Positions 12,871-23,710 of a DNA stretch of 64,000 bases are shown one piece after another; within the stretch, counting starts at the first letter, position 1, and the number at the start of each line of letters is the position of its first letter. The notes beneath the pieces are model-generated. The model searched no databases. It saw only the letters and a list, made by a program, of their open reading frames with translations, and had not been told where the DNA came from. The stretch is from Octopus bimaculoides (taxonomy: Eukaryota): NCBI RefSeq assembly GCF_001194135.2, contig NC_068986.1:22282536-22346535 (forward strand), written 5' to 3'. The translations under genes and the position numbers were made by a program.

Positions 12871-13275
12871 GCTCAGAAGTGGCTGTGTGGTAAGTAGCTT
12901 GTTTGCCAACCACATGGTTCTGGGTTCAGTCCCACTGCGTGGCACCTTGGACAAGTGTCTTCTACTAAAGCCTAGGGCCGACAAAAGCCTTGTGAGTGGA
13001 TTTGGTAGACTGAAACTGAAAGAAGTCTGTCGTATATACATATATATATACATATATGTATCTGTTTGTGTGTCTGAATTTGTTCCCCCACCATCGCTTC
13101 ACAATCGATGTTGGTGTGTTTACATCCCTGTAACTTAGCGGTTCGGCAAAAGAAACTGATTAGAATAAGTACTAGGCTTGCAAGGAATAAGTTCTGGGGT
13201 TGATTTCTTCGACTAAAGGCTGTGCTCCTGCATGGCCACAGTGAAATGACTGACACAAATAAAAGGGTAAAAGAA
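12871..13275 (+). mobile_element. SINE family B, full length
   Basis: Head gtggctgtgtggtaagtagc..gggttcagtccc, internal (TA/TG)n, tail gactgacacaaataaaag. Confidence 0.9.
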
Positions 13276-13407
13276 TACATACATATGTGCATGGCACCCT
13301 GAACAATTGTCTTCTACTACAGCTCTGGTCTGATTAAAGCCCTGTGAGTGAATTTGGGAGACATAAACTGAAAAACCTCTGTTATATATGTGTGTGTGTG
13401 TGTATGT

Positions 13408-13770
13408 TTTTCTTTTATTTGCTTCAGTCATTTGACTGCGGCCATGCTGCAGCACCGCCTTTAGTCTAACAAATCAACGCCAGGTCTTATTCTTTGTAAG
13501 CCTAGTACTTATTCTATCGGTTTCTTTTGCCAAACCATTAAGTTACGGGGATGTAAACACAGACACTAACATATACACACACATTTGTATATATATATAT
13601 ATATATATGACTGGCTTCTTTCAGTTTCCGTCTACCAAATCCACTCACAAGGCTTTGGTTGGCCCTAGGCTATAGAAGAAGGCACTTGCCCAAGGTGCCA
13701 CTCAGTGGGACCGAACCTGGAATCATGCGGATGGTAAGCAAGCTACTTATCACACAGCGACTCCTGCACC
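13408..13770 (-). mobile_element. SINE family B, near full length
   Basis: Reverse complement of the 12871-13275 type, with a short internal deletion. Confidence 0.9.
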
Positions 13771-13794
13771 TATGTCTATACTTACCTTAACAAA

Positions 13795-14015
13795 TATCAT
13801 GTGATGGTTGTAAATGAGTGTCACTGTCATACAAGCGAGGATGTTCATTTCCAGTCTTCCATGGAAATCATGTCTGGTCATGGGGAAATATTACCTTGCT
13901 TAGAAACAGGTGAGAGTTGGTGACAAGAAGGGCATTCAGCTATGGAAAAATCTGCCTCAACAAATTCTATCTGACCCATGCAAGCATGGAAAAGTGGACA
14001 TTAAAAAGATGATGT
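13795..14015 (+). mobile_element. Repeat family D (RTE-like 3' tail)
   Basis: gtcactgtcatacaag..catggggaaatattaccttgct..gaagggcat..gacccatgcaagcatggaaaagtggacattaaa+(GAT)n. Further copies at about 27170-27545(-), 30690-30905(-), 42825-43045(-), 52540-52750 and 57500-57710. Confidence 0.75.
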
Positions 14016-14109
14016 CAATGGGGAGATATATTTGTGTGTGTGTGTATGAGTGTTTGCTTGTGTGTGTGATGTATATGTTTGTGCATATGTGTGTTTGTAC
14101 TGTACATGT

Positions 14110-14158
14110 ATCTGTCCGTCTATCTACCCCACTATCTATCTATCTATCTATCTATCTC

Positions 14159-14205
<47 letters not shown>

Positions 14206-14430
14206 GTCTGTCTGTCTGTCTATCTGTATGTCTATCTGTCTGTCTATCTATCTATCTATCTATCTGTCTATCTGTCTGTCTGTCTGTCTGTCTTTCTGTC
14301 TGCCTGCCTGTCTGTCTGTCTATCTGTCTATCTATCTATCTATCTATCTGTCTATCAATCTGTCTGTCTGTCTATCAATCTGTCTGTCTGTCCGTGTCCG
14401 TCTGTCAGTCTGTTTATCTCTCTATCTATC
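14110..14430. repeat. (TCTA)n/(TCTG)n compound tetranucleotide microsatellite
   Basis: Directly visible. It gives the LSIY/LSVC pseudo-ORFs. Confidence 0.95.
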
Positions 14431-14437
14431 CTTATAC

Positions 14438-14473
<36 letters not shown>

Positions 14474-14649
14474 TATATAATATATATAAATAATGTCATT
14501 GCTCCCATTAATGTTCGTGTTGTCTCTGCTGCTGCTGCTGCTTTTGTTGTTCAATAAAACATCAGAAGAGTATGAATGAAGTGTGATTTGTGACATCATA
14601 AAATAAATAAATGTCAAGTATTGCTACAACTGAAATAATATCCAAGTAA

Positions 14650-14688
<39 letters not shown>

Positions 14689-15063
14689 CAACAACAATAT
14701 GTGACATCATTTCAATTTTGTAAACAACATGGGAAAGAGAAAATCTGTAAGAATCTAAAGTCACGTGAAAACAAAATCTAAACATGATGCATCACTAGAT
14801 AAACATGTGGATACATATCTTTCATGTTTTATCATTTACTGTTTACTTGTTTCAGCCATTGAACTTCAGCCATGCTGGAGCAAGTACTACCTTGAAGGGT
14901 TTAGGTGAACTAATCAACCACAGTATTTGATTTTATTAAAGTTTGGTATTTATTCTGTTGGTCTCTCTTTTGCCTGGCGCCAGTGTCACTGTCATACAAG
15001 AGGTGTCATTTATTTCTAACCTTGCATGTAAAAAAATCTGTCTGGTCAAGGGGGAAAATATTA

Positions 15064-15279
15064 TTGGGTTGTCTGGAAAGTTTGTCTGGAAAGAAAAAGG
15101 TCAATAAATAGTTGCCATTACATTTTAATCAACCAAATATGAACCATTTTGTTGCACAATGCATCTCCATCTTTCTTTTAACTTGAAAATACCCTCTTCC
15201 CAGAATTGAGGTGGTTTCATGGCAAATAAGTTGAAAGGTAAGCTACTTTAAATCGGCACGAACTTTCCGGACAACCCAA
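15064..15279. mobile_element. Mariner-type MITE nested in a family D copy
   Basis: TIRs ttgggttgtctggaaagtt / aactttccggacaacccaa with TA on both sides (15062-15063, 15280-15281). The family D sequence resumes on the far side. Confidence 0.85.
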
Positions 15280-16179
15280 TACATTACATGGAAACAGGTG
15301 AAGGTTGGTGACAGTAAGGGCATCCGGCTGTAGGAAATCAGTCTGATACTTGCTAACATGGAAAAATCCTCCTCCTCCTCCTCCTCCTCCTCCTCCTCAT
15401 CATCATCATCATNNNNNNNNNNNNNNNNNNNNNNNNNNNNNNNNNNNNNNNNNNNNNNNNNNNNNNNNNNNNNNNNNNNNNNNNNNNNNNNNNNNNNNNN
15501 NNNNNNNNNNNNNNNNNNNNNNNNNNNNNNNNNNNNNNNNNNNNNNNNNNNNNNNNNNNNNNNNNNNNNNNNNNNNNNNNNNNNNNNNNNNNNNNNNNNN
15601 NNNNNNNNNNNNNNNNNNNNNNNNNNNNNNNNNNNNNNNNNNNNNNNNNNNNNNNNNNNNNNNNNNNNNNNNNNNNNNNNNNNNNNNNNNNNNNNNNNNN
15701 NNNNNNNNNNNNNNNNNNNNNNNNNNNNNNNNNNNNNNNNNNNNNNNNNNNNNNNNNNNNNNNNNNNNNNNNNNNNNNNNNNNNNNNNNNNNNNNNNNNN
15801 NNNNNNNNNNNNNNNNNNNNNNNNNNNNNNNNNNNNNNNNNNNNNNNNNNNNNNNNNNNNNNNNNNNNNNNNNNNNNNNNNNNNNNNNNNNNNNNNNNNN
15901 NNNNNNNNNNNNNNNNNNNNNNNNNNNNNNNNNNNNNNNNNNNNNNNNNNNNNNNNNNNNNNNNNNNNNNNNNNNNNNNNNNNNNNNNNNNNNNNNNNNN
16001 NNNNNNNNNNNNNNNNNNNNNNNNNNNNGAGGAGGAGGAGAGGAGGGAATGAGGAGGAGGAGGAGGAGGAGGGGAGGGGAGGAGGAGGAAGGATCACAAA
16101 GTATTCTAAAAATTGATATAAGGGCTGCATATAATACAACCTAACAACAACAACAACAAGCTAACAATAAATCTAATTG

Positions 16180-16500
16180 GAAATAGCTGACAGAAACTCA
16201 GAATGACTGGAAATATCCATTAAGGAAGGATGCAACATGTTTGAGAAAGGATAGATCGAACATGCTGAGCTGAAATGAGCCTTGCATAATTTGAAAAGCA
16301 GAGAGTACAATATCTGTGAATATGTTCTTTGCAAAGCAAGCTTCATTGATCACATGAAATCACATGCCATGTTCACAGAAGCAATCTACATTTAGCAATC
16401 TTTTATCGCCATGTCTGGAATATACTAATTGTGTAGTGTGCAGCAAAGCATGTAAGTTGAAATTCAAACATGGACGATGAAGACTTTGATATCATTGTCA
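16180..16500 (+). mobile_element. RTE LINE ORF C-terminal remnant
   Basis: Broken translation ..SIKEGCNMFEKG*IEHAELK*AL.. followed by decayed Cys/His-rich segments (ttcattgatcacatgaaatcacat), as at RTE/BovB-like 3' ends. Confidence 0.45.
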
Positions 16501-16627
16501 TGGGTGGCATGGTGGCGGCGAAAGATGAAAGGCAAAGTTGACCTTGTAGGAATTTCAACTCAGAATGTAAGTAGTAGTTGTAATGATAATAATTTGAGAC
16601 AAAAACTGGGTATATGAGAGAGAGGGG

Positions 16628-16669
<42 letters not shown>

Positions 16670-16703
16670 GAAGATAGTAGAAGGACAGAAGTTGTGGAGA
16701 GAG

Positions 16704-16916
16704 ATACCACCCGATCTGAAAAAACATCTGAAAACCTTAGAAATACCCTACAATCTAGGTGTATTGCAAAAGTCAGCATTACTTGGAACTGCATGCATAT
16801 TGCGTAAAGTACTGTCTGTCAGAGGTCCTTGTTGTGACTTGACAAACAGTACAAACCCCTGGTAGACACAATATCTTCAATCAACAACCTCATGGTATTG
16901 TATACTGTGCAACATC
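16704..16916 (+). mobile_element. R4/Dong-like RLE non-LTR retrotransposon, 5'-truncated 3' end
   Basis: IPPDLKKHLKTLEIPYNLGVLQKSALLGTACILRKVLSV, a short 3' UTR, then (TAA)n. Confidence 0.75.
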
Positions 16917-16987
16917 AATAATAATAATAATAATAATAATAATATACTAACAGCAGCAGCAGCAACAACAACAACAGCAACAACAAC

Positions 16988-17025
<38 letters not shown>

Positions 17026-17061
17026 GATTGATGATGATGATGATGATAATAATAATAATAA

Positions 17062-17120
<59 letters not shown>
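16917..17120. repeat. Compound trinucleotide microsatellite (AAT/AGC/AAC/GAT/AGT)
   Basis: Directly visible. Confidence 0.95.
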
Positions 17121-17811
17121 ATATCAATTTTCATCTAGCCATAACATTGCTTTAGAAAAGCCTCCTTGGCAATGGTACCACCTCTGCACAATACATTCTA
17201 TATATGAACGGGATTATAATAAAAGACAAGATAAGACTCATTGCTCAAGAAAGAAACCATTTTTTCTGGAAGCAATTATACCAACAAAGATAATGATTAA
17301 AGATAATGTTCGTCTTTTACCCTCCCACCCACCAACCCAGAAGACCTACTGAGATTTACCTCATTAGGAGTGGGGTGGCAGGTCACCAGTGTTGCTTTCT
17401 TTATTCTGGTTCTAATGGGAGACCAAAGTTTCTCAGAGAAGAGATCAGAGATGTTATACACAGATAGGAAAAAGCAATGAATACTTTGAACAACACAAGG
17501 TTTTATTACTAATTAGCTTATTATTATGTATATCGGTAGAGCTCAGTTATATTACAAAGTAAGTGTAAAGGTTATCCTTCTTTATAACTGGAACAATTCC
17601 TTACTCATGAAACAGTCATACATACACACAAACACATATCTTCATAAACACACATGTGAAAAAACTTACATACATACATACATACACACATATACAAATA
17701 TAATTTCCCCTGGATAAGATGCAATTCTTACACTTCACCAACATTACCTACCTTATCGTTGTTGGCTTTAATATCCTGTACCTGTGCTTATCTGTGACAC
17801 ATGACCATTGT

Positions 17812-17896
17812 CCATCTTTCTTTTCCTTATGTGACCATCTTTCTTTTCCTTATGTGACCATCTTTCTTTTCCTTATGTGACCATCTTTCTTTTCCT
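17812..17896. repeat. 23-bp tandem repeat, about 3.7 copies
   Basis: Unit ccatctttcttttccttatgtga starting at 17812, 17835, 17858 and 17881 (partial). Confidence 0.95.
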
Positions 17897-18220
17897 ATAC
17901 GGATGTTCAAAAGAGCAGATGTGTTTTTTTTCTCTCTCCCTTCTTTCTTTTCTCTTTAAAAAAAAAAAACTGTTTCTCCCAGCATTCATTATTTTCCTCT
18001 TGTTCTGGTCCAACAATCCTCCATGTTTGTTTTCATTTGGTTTCCATGTATGTCTCCACTCTCATATTTTTGTCCCCAACTTTGCCCCTCCATAAATCCT
18101 AAATTTTATTTTAGAATTTATGGGAGCAGCTGTCTTTGAAGACTCGTATTGTCATTGAATGCTTGAAATGACAATGCTTGAAATGAGATAGACAGTTAAC
18201 AACTGATAAAGGATCCTTTC

Positions 18221-18298
18221 TGTGGCACAAGCCCCAGTGCTTTTTATGTGGCACAAGCCCCAATGCTTTTTACGTGACACAAGTCCCAGTGCTTTTTA
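18221..18298. repeat. 26-bp tandem repeat x3
   Basis: Unit tgtggcacaagccccagtgcttttta. Confidence 0.9.
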
Positions 18299-18309
18299 AC
18301 GATAATAAT

Positions 18310-18765
18310 AATCCTTTCTACTATAGGTACAAGGCCTGAAATTTGAGGGTAACGATCAATTAGATCGACCCTAGTATGTAACTAGTACTTAATTTATCGA
18401 CCCTGAAAGGATGAAAGGCAAAGTCGACCTCAGCAGAATTTGAACCCAGAACGTAGCAGCAGACAAAATACTGCTATGTATTTTGTCCAGCATGCAAACC
18501 ATTCTGCCAGCTTGCTACCTTTTTTTTAACGATAATAATAATAATGATAATAATAATTCCTTCTACTATAGGCACAAGACATGAAATTTTGCAGGAGTGG
18601 GGTAGTTGATTACTTTAACCCTAGTGACCAACAGGTGTTTACTTTCATCCCAAAAAATGAACGTCAAAGTTCATCTTGCTGGAATTTGATCTCAGAACAT
18701 AAAGCTGAAAGAAATGCTGCTAAACATTTTGACCAGCATGCTAATGATTCTGCCAACCTGCTGTG
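18310..18765 (-). mobile_element. Two tandem SINE family A copies (18310-18520, 18557-18765)
   Basis: Reverse complement of gctggcagaatcgttagca..gttcaaatt..gactttgcctttcatcc..gcctatagtagaaaggattatt, with (AAT)n between and beyond the copies. Confidence 0.85.
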
Positions 18766-18785
18766 TTAATAATAATAACAATAAC

Positions 18786-18841
<56 letters not shown>

Positions 18842-18912
18842 CAACAACAACAACAACAACAATAACAACAATAATAATAATAATAATAATAATAACAACA
18901 ACAACAACAACG

Positions 18913-18954
<42 letters not shown>

Positions 18955-19185
18955 GTTTTGAATTTTGTGCGTGTGTGTGTGTGTGTGCGTGCATGTGTGT
19001 GTGTGCGTGCATGTGTGTGTGCACATGCAATTGTCCTCCTAGCAATGCTTGGCAACTGATGATGGTTTTCTTATGTCCCTGTAAATTTTCAGTTCAGCAA
19101 AAGAGATCGATTGAATNNNNNNNNNNTTGTGGCAGCACCCCAGCATGGCCACAGTTCAATAATTGAAACAAGCAAAAGATGAGAC

Positions 19186-19222
<37 letters not shown>

Positions 19223-19654
19223 CAATGATGATGGTGGTGGTGGTGGTGCTGATAGTAGTGATGATGATGTTGATGACAACGGTGATATGATGATGATGGT
19301 GATGATGATGTTGATGATGATGATGATAATGATGGCAACAATAAAAACTTATAATTCTCCTCTGTTCCACTTTTTTTGTTTTGTTTCGTTCTTGCATTTT
19401 TCTTTAGTGATTTGTTTATTGCATCATATTGTCGTTTAAAACAACAACGAATGCATTTGCTACTCACAAAATTGGTTCACAGTTGATGATGCAGCACTGT
19501 GCACCAGCACTAACAACACTGCACAATTCCTTTAAAATTATCTTTTTTCTTTTTCTTTTTGTTATTTTGTTATTTTTGGTGTGTCAAGGTTCTGCTGGAA
19601 TAAACATGTTATTTATTCTACTTTATTATACTTATTATGGTTTGTTACTTAAAC

Positions 19655-20052
19655 ACAATTGACTAGCAGAATTATTAGCACATTGGAGAGAATGCATAAC
19701 AGGATTTCTTCTGGCCGTTTATGTTCTGAGTTCAAATCTCACTGAGGTCAGCTTTGCCTTTCATTCTTTTTGGGTCAAAATAAAATAAAATATTGATCAA
19801 TAAAATATTGATCAATAAAATATTGATCAATAAAATATTCTTTTCTACTCTAGGCACAAGGTCCGAAATTTTTGGGAGGGGACCAGTCGATTAGATCAAC
19901 CCCAGTACACAACTGATACTTAATTTATCGATCCCAAAAGGATGAAAAGCAAAGTCGACCTTGGCAGAATTTGAACTCAGAATGTAAAGACAGGCGAAAT
20001 ACTGCTAAGTATTTCGCCCAGTATGCTAACGTTTCTGCCAGCTCACAGCCTT
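19655..20052. mobile_element. Inverted SINE family A pair (partial + at 19655-19790, full - at 19838-20052) with a 15-bp tandem spacer
   Basis: Both copies are recognisable. The spacer is (taaaatattgatcaa) x3.5 at 19786-19838. Confidence 0.75.
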
Positions 20053-20077
20053 ATTAATCAATAAAATATTAATAGAT

Positions 20078-20454
20078 GCAGAAGTGGCTGTGTGGTAAGT
20101 AGCTTACTTACTAACCACATGGTTCCAGGTTCAGTCCCACTGTGTGGCACCATGGGCAAGCGTCTTCTACTGTAGCCTCGGGCCGAACAAAGCCATGTGA
20201 GTAGATTTGGAAGAAGTCCATCATATATGTGTGTGTGTGTGTGTGTGTGTGAGTGTCTGTTTGTGTTTGTCCCCAGCACCATCGCTTGACAACCGATGCT
20301 GATGTGTTTACGACCCCATCACTCAGTGGTTCAGCAAAAGAGACTGATAGAATAAGTACTAAGCTTACGAAGAATAAGTCTTGGGGTTGATTTGTTTGAC
20401 TAAAGGTGGTGCTCCAGCATGGGCTCAGTCAAATGAATGAAACAAATAAAAGAG
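20078..20454 (+). mobile_element. SINE family B, full length
   Basis: Colinear with 35022-35411. A partial inverted copy follows at about 20625-20790. Confidence 0.9.
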
Positions 20455-21645
20455 TTAGTACTCGAGTTAATGTAATTGACTAACCCACCTCTCCTTGGTA
20501 ACAAAATTACACATGATCCATTAGAGACTCATGAAGTGAATCTATAGATTCTCTCCTAGTTTGTGACCATGCTGCATCGAGTCATGTCCATCTTGAAGTG
20601 TTGCCCCTTGTACACACACACACACAACAGGTTTCCTCACAATTTCCATCTACCAAATTCACTTACAAGGTTTTGGTTGGCCTGAGGCTATAATAGAAGA
20701 CTCTTGCCCAAGATGCCATGCAGTTGGGATGAACCTGAAACCCCAGGTTATTGCGAAGGCAGCTTCTTAATCACACAGCCATGTCTGTACCTATTGCAAA
20801 TGTTTAAATAAAGATTTCTCACACTGGCATGTAGTGGCAGATTTTAATGGGAAAAGAAGTGGAATTGATTCAAGTTGACCTCCACCAAAAAGATGAAAGG
20901 AGAAAAGTCAACTCTGAAAGGATTTGAACTCAGAATGTAAAGGAATGTAACTAAATGCCACAAGTCACATAATCCTACAATCAACTGCTTCTAAAATTCC
21001 TCCACCCTTGAAATGTTTGAATAATAATCAGTGTAATATTTAGATTTAGCTAATTCGACAAACTCACCCACACACCACAACACACCCCCACACATACTCC
21101 TCCACAAAACATTAAGCTGTTATTATTTTCTGCTAGATCATTATTCCATGCGTTGACATGTTTCCTATGAGGTTTATATGTATGTAAGTGGGTCATTGAA
21201 GTAAAATGAGCCTTGTGTGTGAAGTTAGGTTCAAATACTGGCATACATTCACTCGTCTATTCATTCATTCTATTAATTGTTCATTCTCTTTAGTTTGTTT
21301 CCTGTTCTCCAGTCATTGGCATCAATGGTTCACAGGTTTATTGAGACTATTATGAACACTCACTTGTGTGACTTAACGTACACGCTCGATGGATGCATGA
21401 ATGTTAACAGGAGTTTGTTGTTACTGCTCTTAACACACACACGCACCCTCCCCCACGCCTTCATTCATTTGTTAATTGCAATTACACTACAGTTTAGTCA
21501 AGTAAAATTCAAGTCCACTGAAAAGGTTTATGCATATGTATATATACATATAAACATACATGCAAACATACATACAAACATACATACATATATATATACA
21601 TATATGTATGTATGCATGTATTTATGTGTGTATTTATGATTGTAG

Positions 21646-21693
<48 letters not shown>

Positions 21694-22290
21694 GTATATG
21701 CATTTATCTATTTACTTATGTATTCATTTCATAACTCAGGTGGTAAACAAAAGGATTGTTAGTTATAGGTTTTCCTATAGTTTATAAGGAAAATTAAGCA
21801 TAAACAACAGGTAAAATTCATAGGACAAGATACAAACATGAAAACCATTGCCTCTCATCAGCTGTTGAATGAAAATTAAGGCAATTTCAGCACGTTATCG
21901 ACAGGATTGTTCACTTCAGGGTGCTAAAAAGTAGTGTCAAAGACATGATGACATCAAATATATGAAAATATACAAAAATAAGGCACATGAAATATTTAAA
22001 TCAGTCAACTAAACAAGCATTCAGCATCTATAAGGGAGACAAACAGAATACAGGACAAAGTGACAAGAAATATTAAAGAGTGAATGTCTTTTTACTTGAG
22101 TGAAAAAAACCCCCATTAAAACAATGTACCAGAGATGATTGTGTAATGCTAAGAGGAAATGATTAGTAGAACATTAAATGTTGGATGGTGGTCCTTAAAC
22201 AAAAAGCAGAAAGCAAGGTGACAGGTAGCAATGCCAAGACTGTAAAGACAGAAGAATGGAATCATGATCAGAGATGGGGAAGGGAGAGAA

Positions 22291-22352
22291 AATTAATTAG
22301 AGAGAGAATTAATTAGAGAGAATTAATTAGAGAGAGAATTAATTAGAGAGAG
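22291..22352. repeat. Tandem repeat aattaattag(ag)n x4
   Basis: Directly visible. Confidence 0.9.
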
Positions 22353-23509
22353 AACGAAGGAGGAGAGGGAGATAAAATAAAGAGAGGGGGAGTGGAAGAG
22401 AGGCAGAGATAGACAGCAAGAGAAAGAGAAAGAAGGAAGAGAAAAGGAGAGGAGAAACTAGTCACTGTTGTGTTCTTGCCTTTCTCAAAATATCTTAACT
22501 TTCTTATGCACAAAATCAACTTAATAAAGAAAGAGACATACAGTAATTGATTTGACACCAGTATATTACTGGTATTTATTTTAATAACAACCTTAAAAGA
22601 ATGAAAGATAAAAACGATTCTGGCAGGATTTGAAATTTTCAAATTAACTTTTTCAATATCAATCCACATGAGACCACCTATGGTTCTTTGATAGAAAAGC
22701 CTTTTATTTTAAAATGTTGGTATTTAAATAAAAACCTTTCATAGTAATTTTGTTGGGTTGTGTTCCTAACACCAGTTTAATTATGACAAAGTTATTCCAT
22801 TTTATTAAACAGCTTTAAATTCTTGAGTATTTAGTTAATGAATTAAAGCACACAGGAAATGTATACCATTAGAAATATGATCACGGAGTGGTTAAACAAA
22901 TTGTCAGAGACCAATGATTTCAGAACTGCATTGAAAATAAATTGAAGCACAATTACAACAATGCATTTTCCCGCTGAAACAAAATACAAGTGGAAATATG
23001 ATCCAACAAAGAAGCCTCTACCTAGTCGATCGATATGCTAGAAACAGCAGCAAAATCTCCCTCATATCACACCCTACCTTCTTAAAAAGTATGCTAAGGA
23101 AACGTTGCCTAAAGAAGTTCTAGATACTCTATGTCCCATCCAAAGGGCTTGATGGCCATAGCTGGAATGTTTATGATCATAGGCAAACTTAATTAGAGCT
23201 TTCCTGGGGCTAAACAACTGCAACAGCTAACACAAATTTATCATATAACCATAAACATGGTCATTCAATAAATTTGAAGTCTTGAATCATAGAATCATTC
23301 TGAATTATCTTAAGGAAAATTCAAAAACTGTGTTTGTCCTTATTGTTTAACCCCCAGGTCAACTCTGACCAGGCAAACCTATAATCAAAGGCATTCCAAC
23401 TCTGACTATTCCATCTTTTTGTATATCAAGTACTTACAATGTCTAATTTAAAATGGCAAGGTGTAATTTGAATGGAATTTGGCTGCTATTTTTATCAGAT
23501 CACGAAAAT

Positions 23510-23710
23510 GTGATCCTTTGGTCTGAGTGTCCCGTTTGTGATCATAAGATCATGGGCTCAAATTTTATGCCCTTGTGTAAGGTACTTCATTTCCTTGAGC
23601 AAGGTACTTCATTTCACATGTCCTTGAGCAAGGTACTTCATTTCACATATCCTTGAGCAAGGTACTTCATTTCACATTATTCCAGTTTGCTCAACTGTAA
23701 TGTATACCAG
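23510..23710 (+). mobile_element. SINE family C fragment with tandemly amplified 29-bp core
   Basis: ccttgagcaaggtacttcatttcacat repeats at 23593, 23622 and 23651, plus a partial copy at 23571. Confidence 0.75.

Noticed and set aside
10536-14557. Long ORFs of 100-230 aa rich in H/T/V/C/L/S/I/Y
   Set aside because: They are translations of CA/TG, GA and TCTA microsatellites, which lack stop codons by composition.
18692-19467. Poly-N/I/L/Y/D/H ORFs, and similar ones at 16877-17134, 30413-30695, 31647-31898 and 59822-60193
   Set aside because: These are trinucleotide microsatellites.
17812-23678. Short direct-repeat arrays of 15-29 bp as possible CRISPR-like arrays
   Set aside because: The units are head-to-tail with no unique spacers, there are no cas genes, and the context is eukaryotic.
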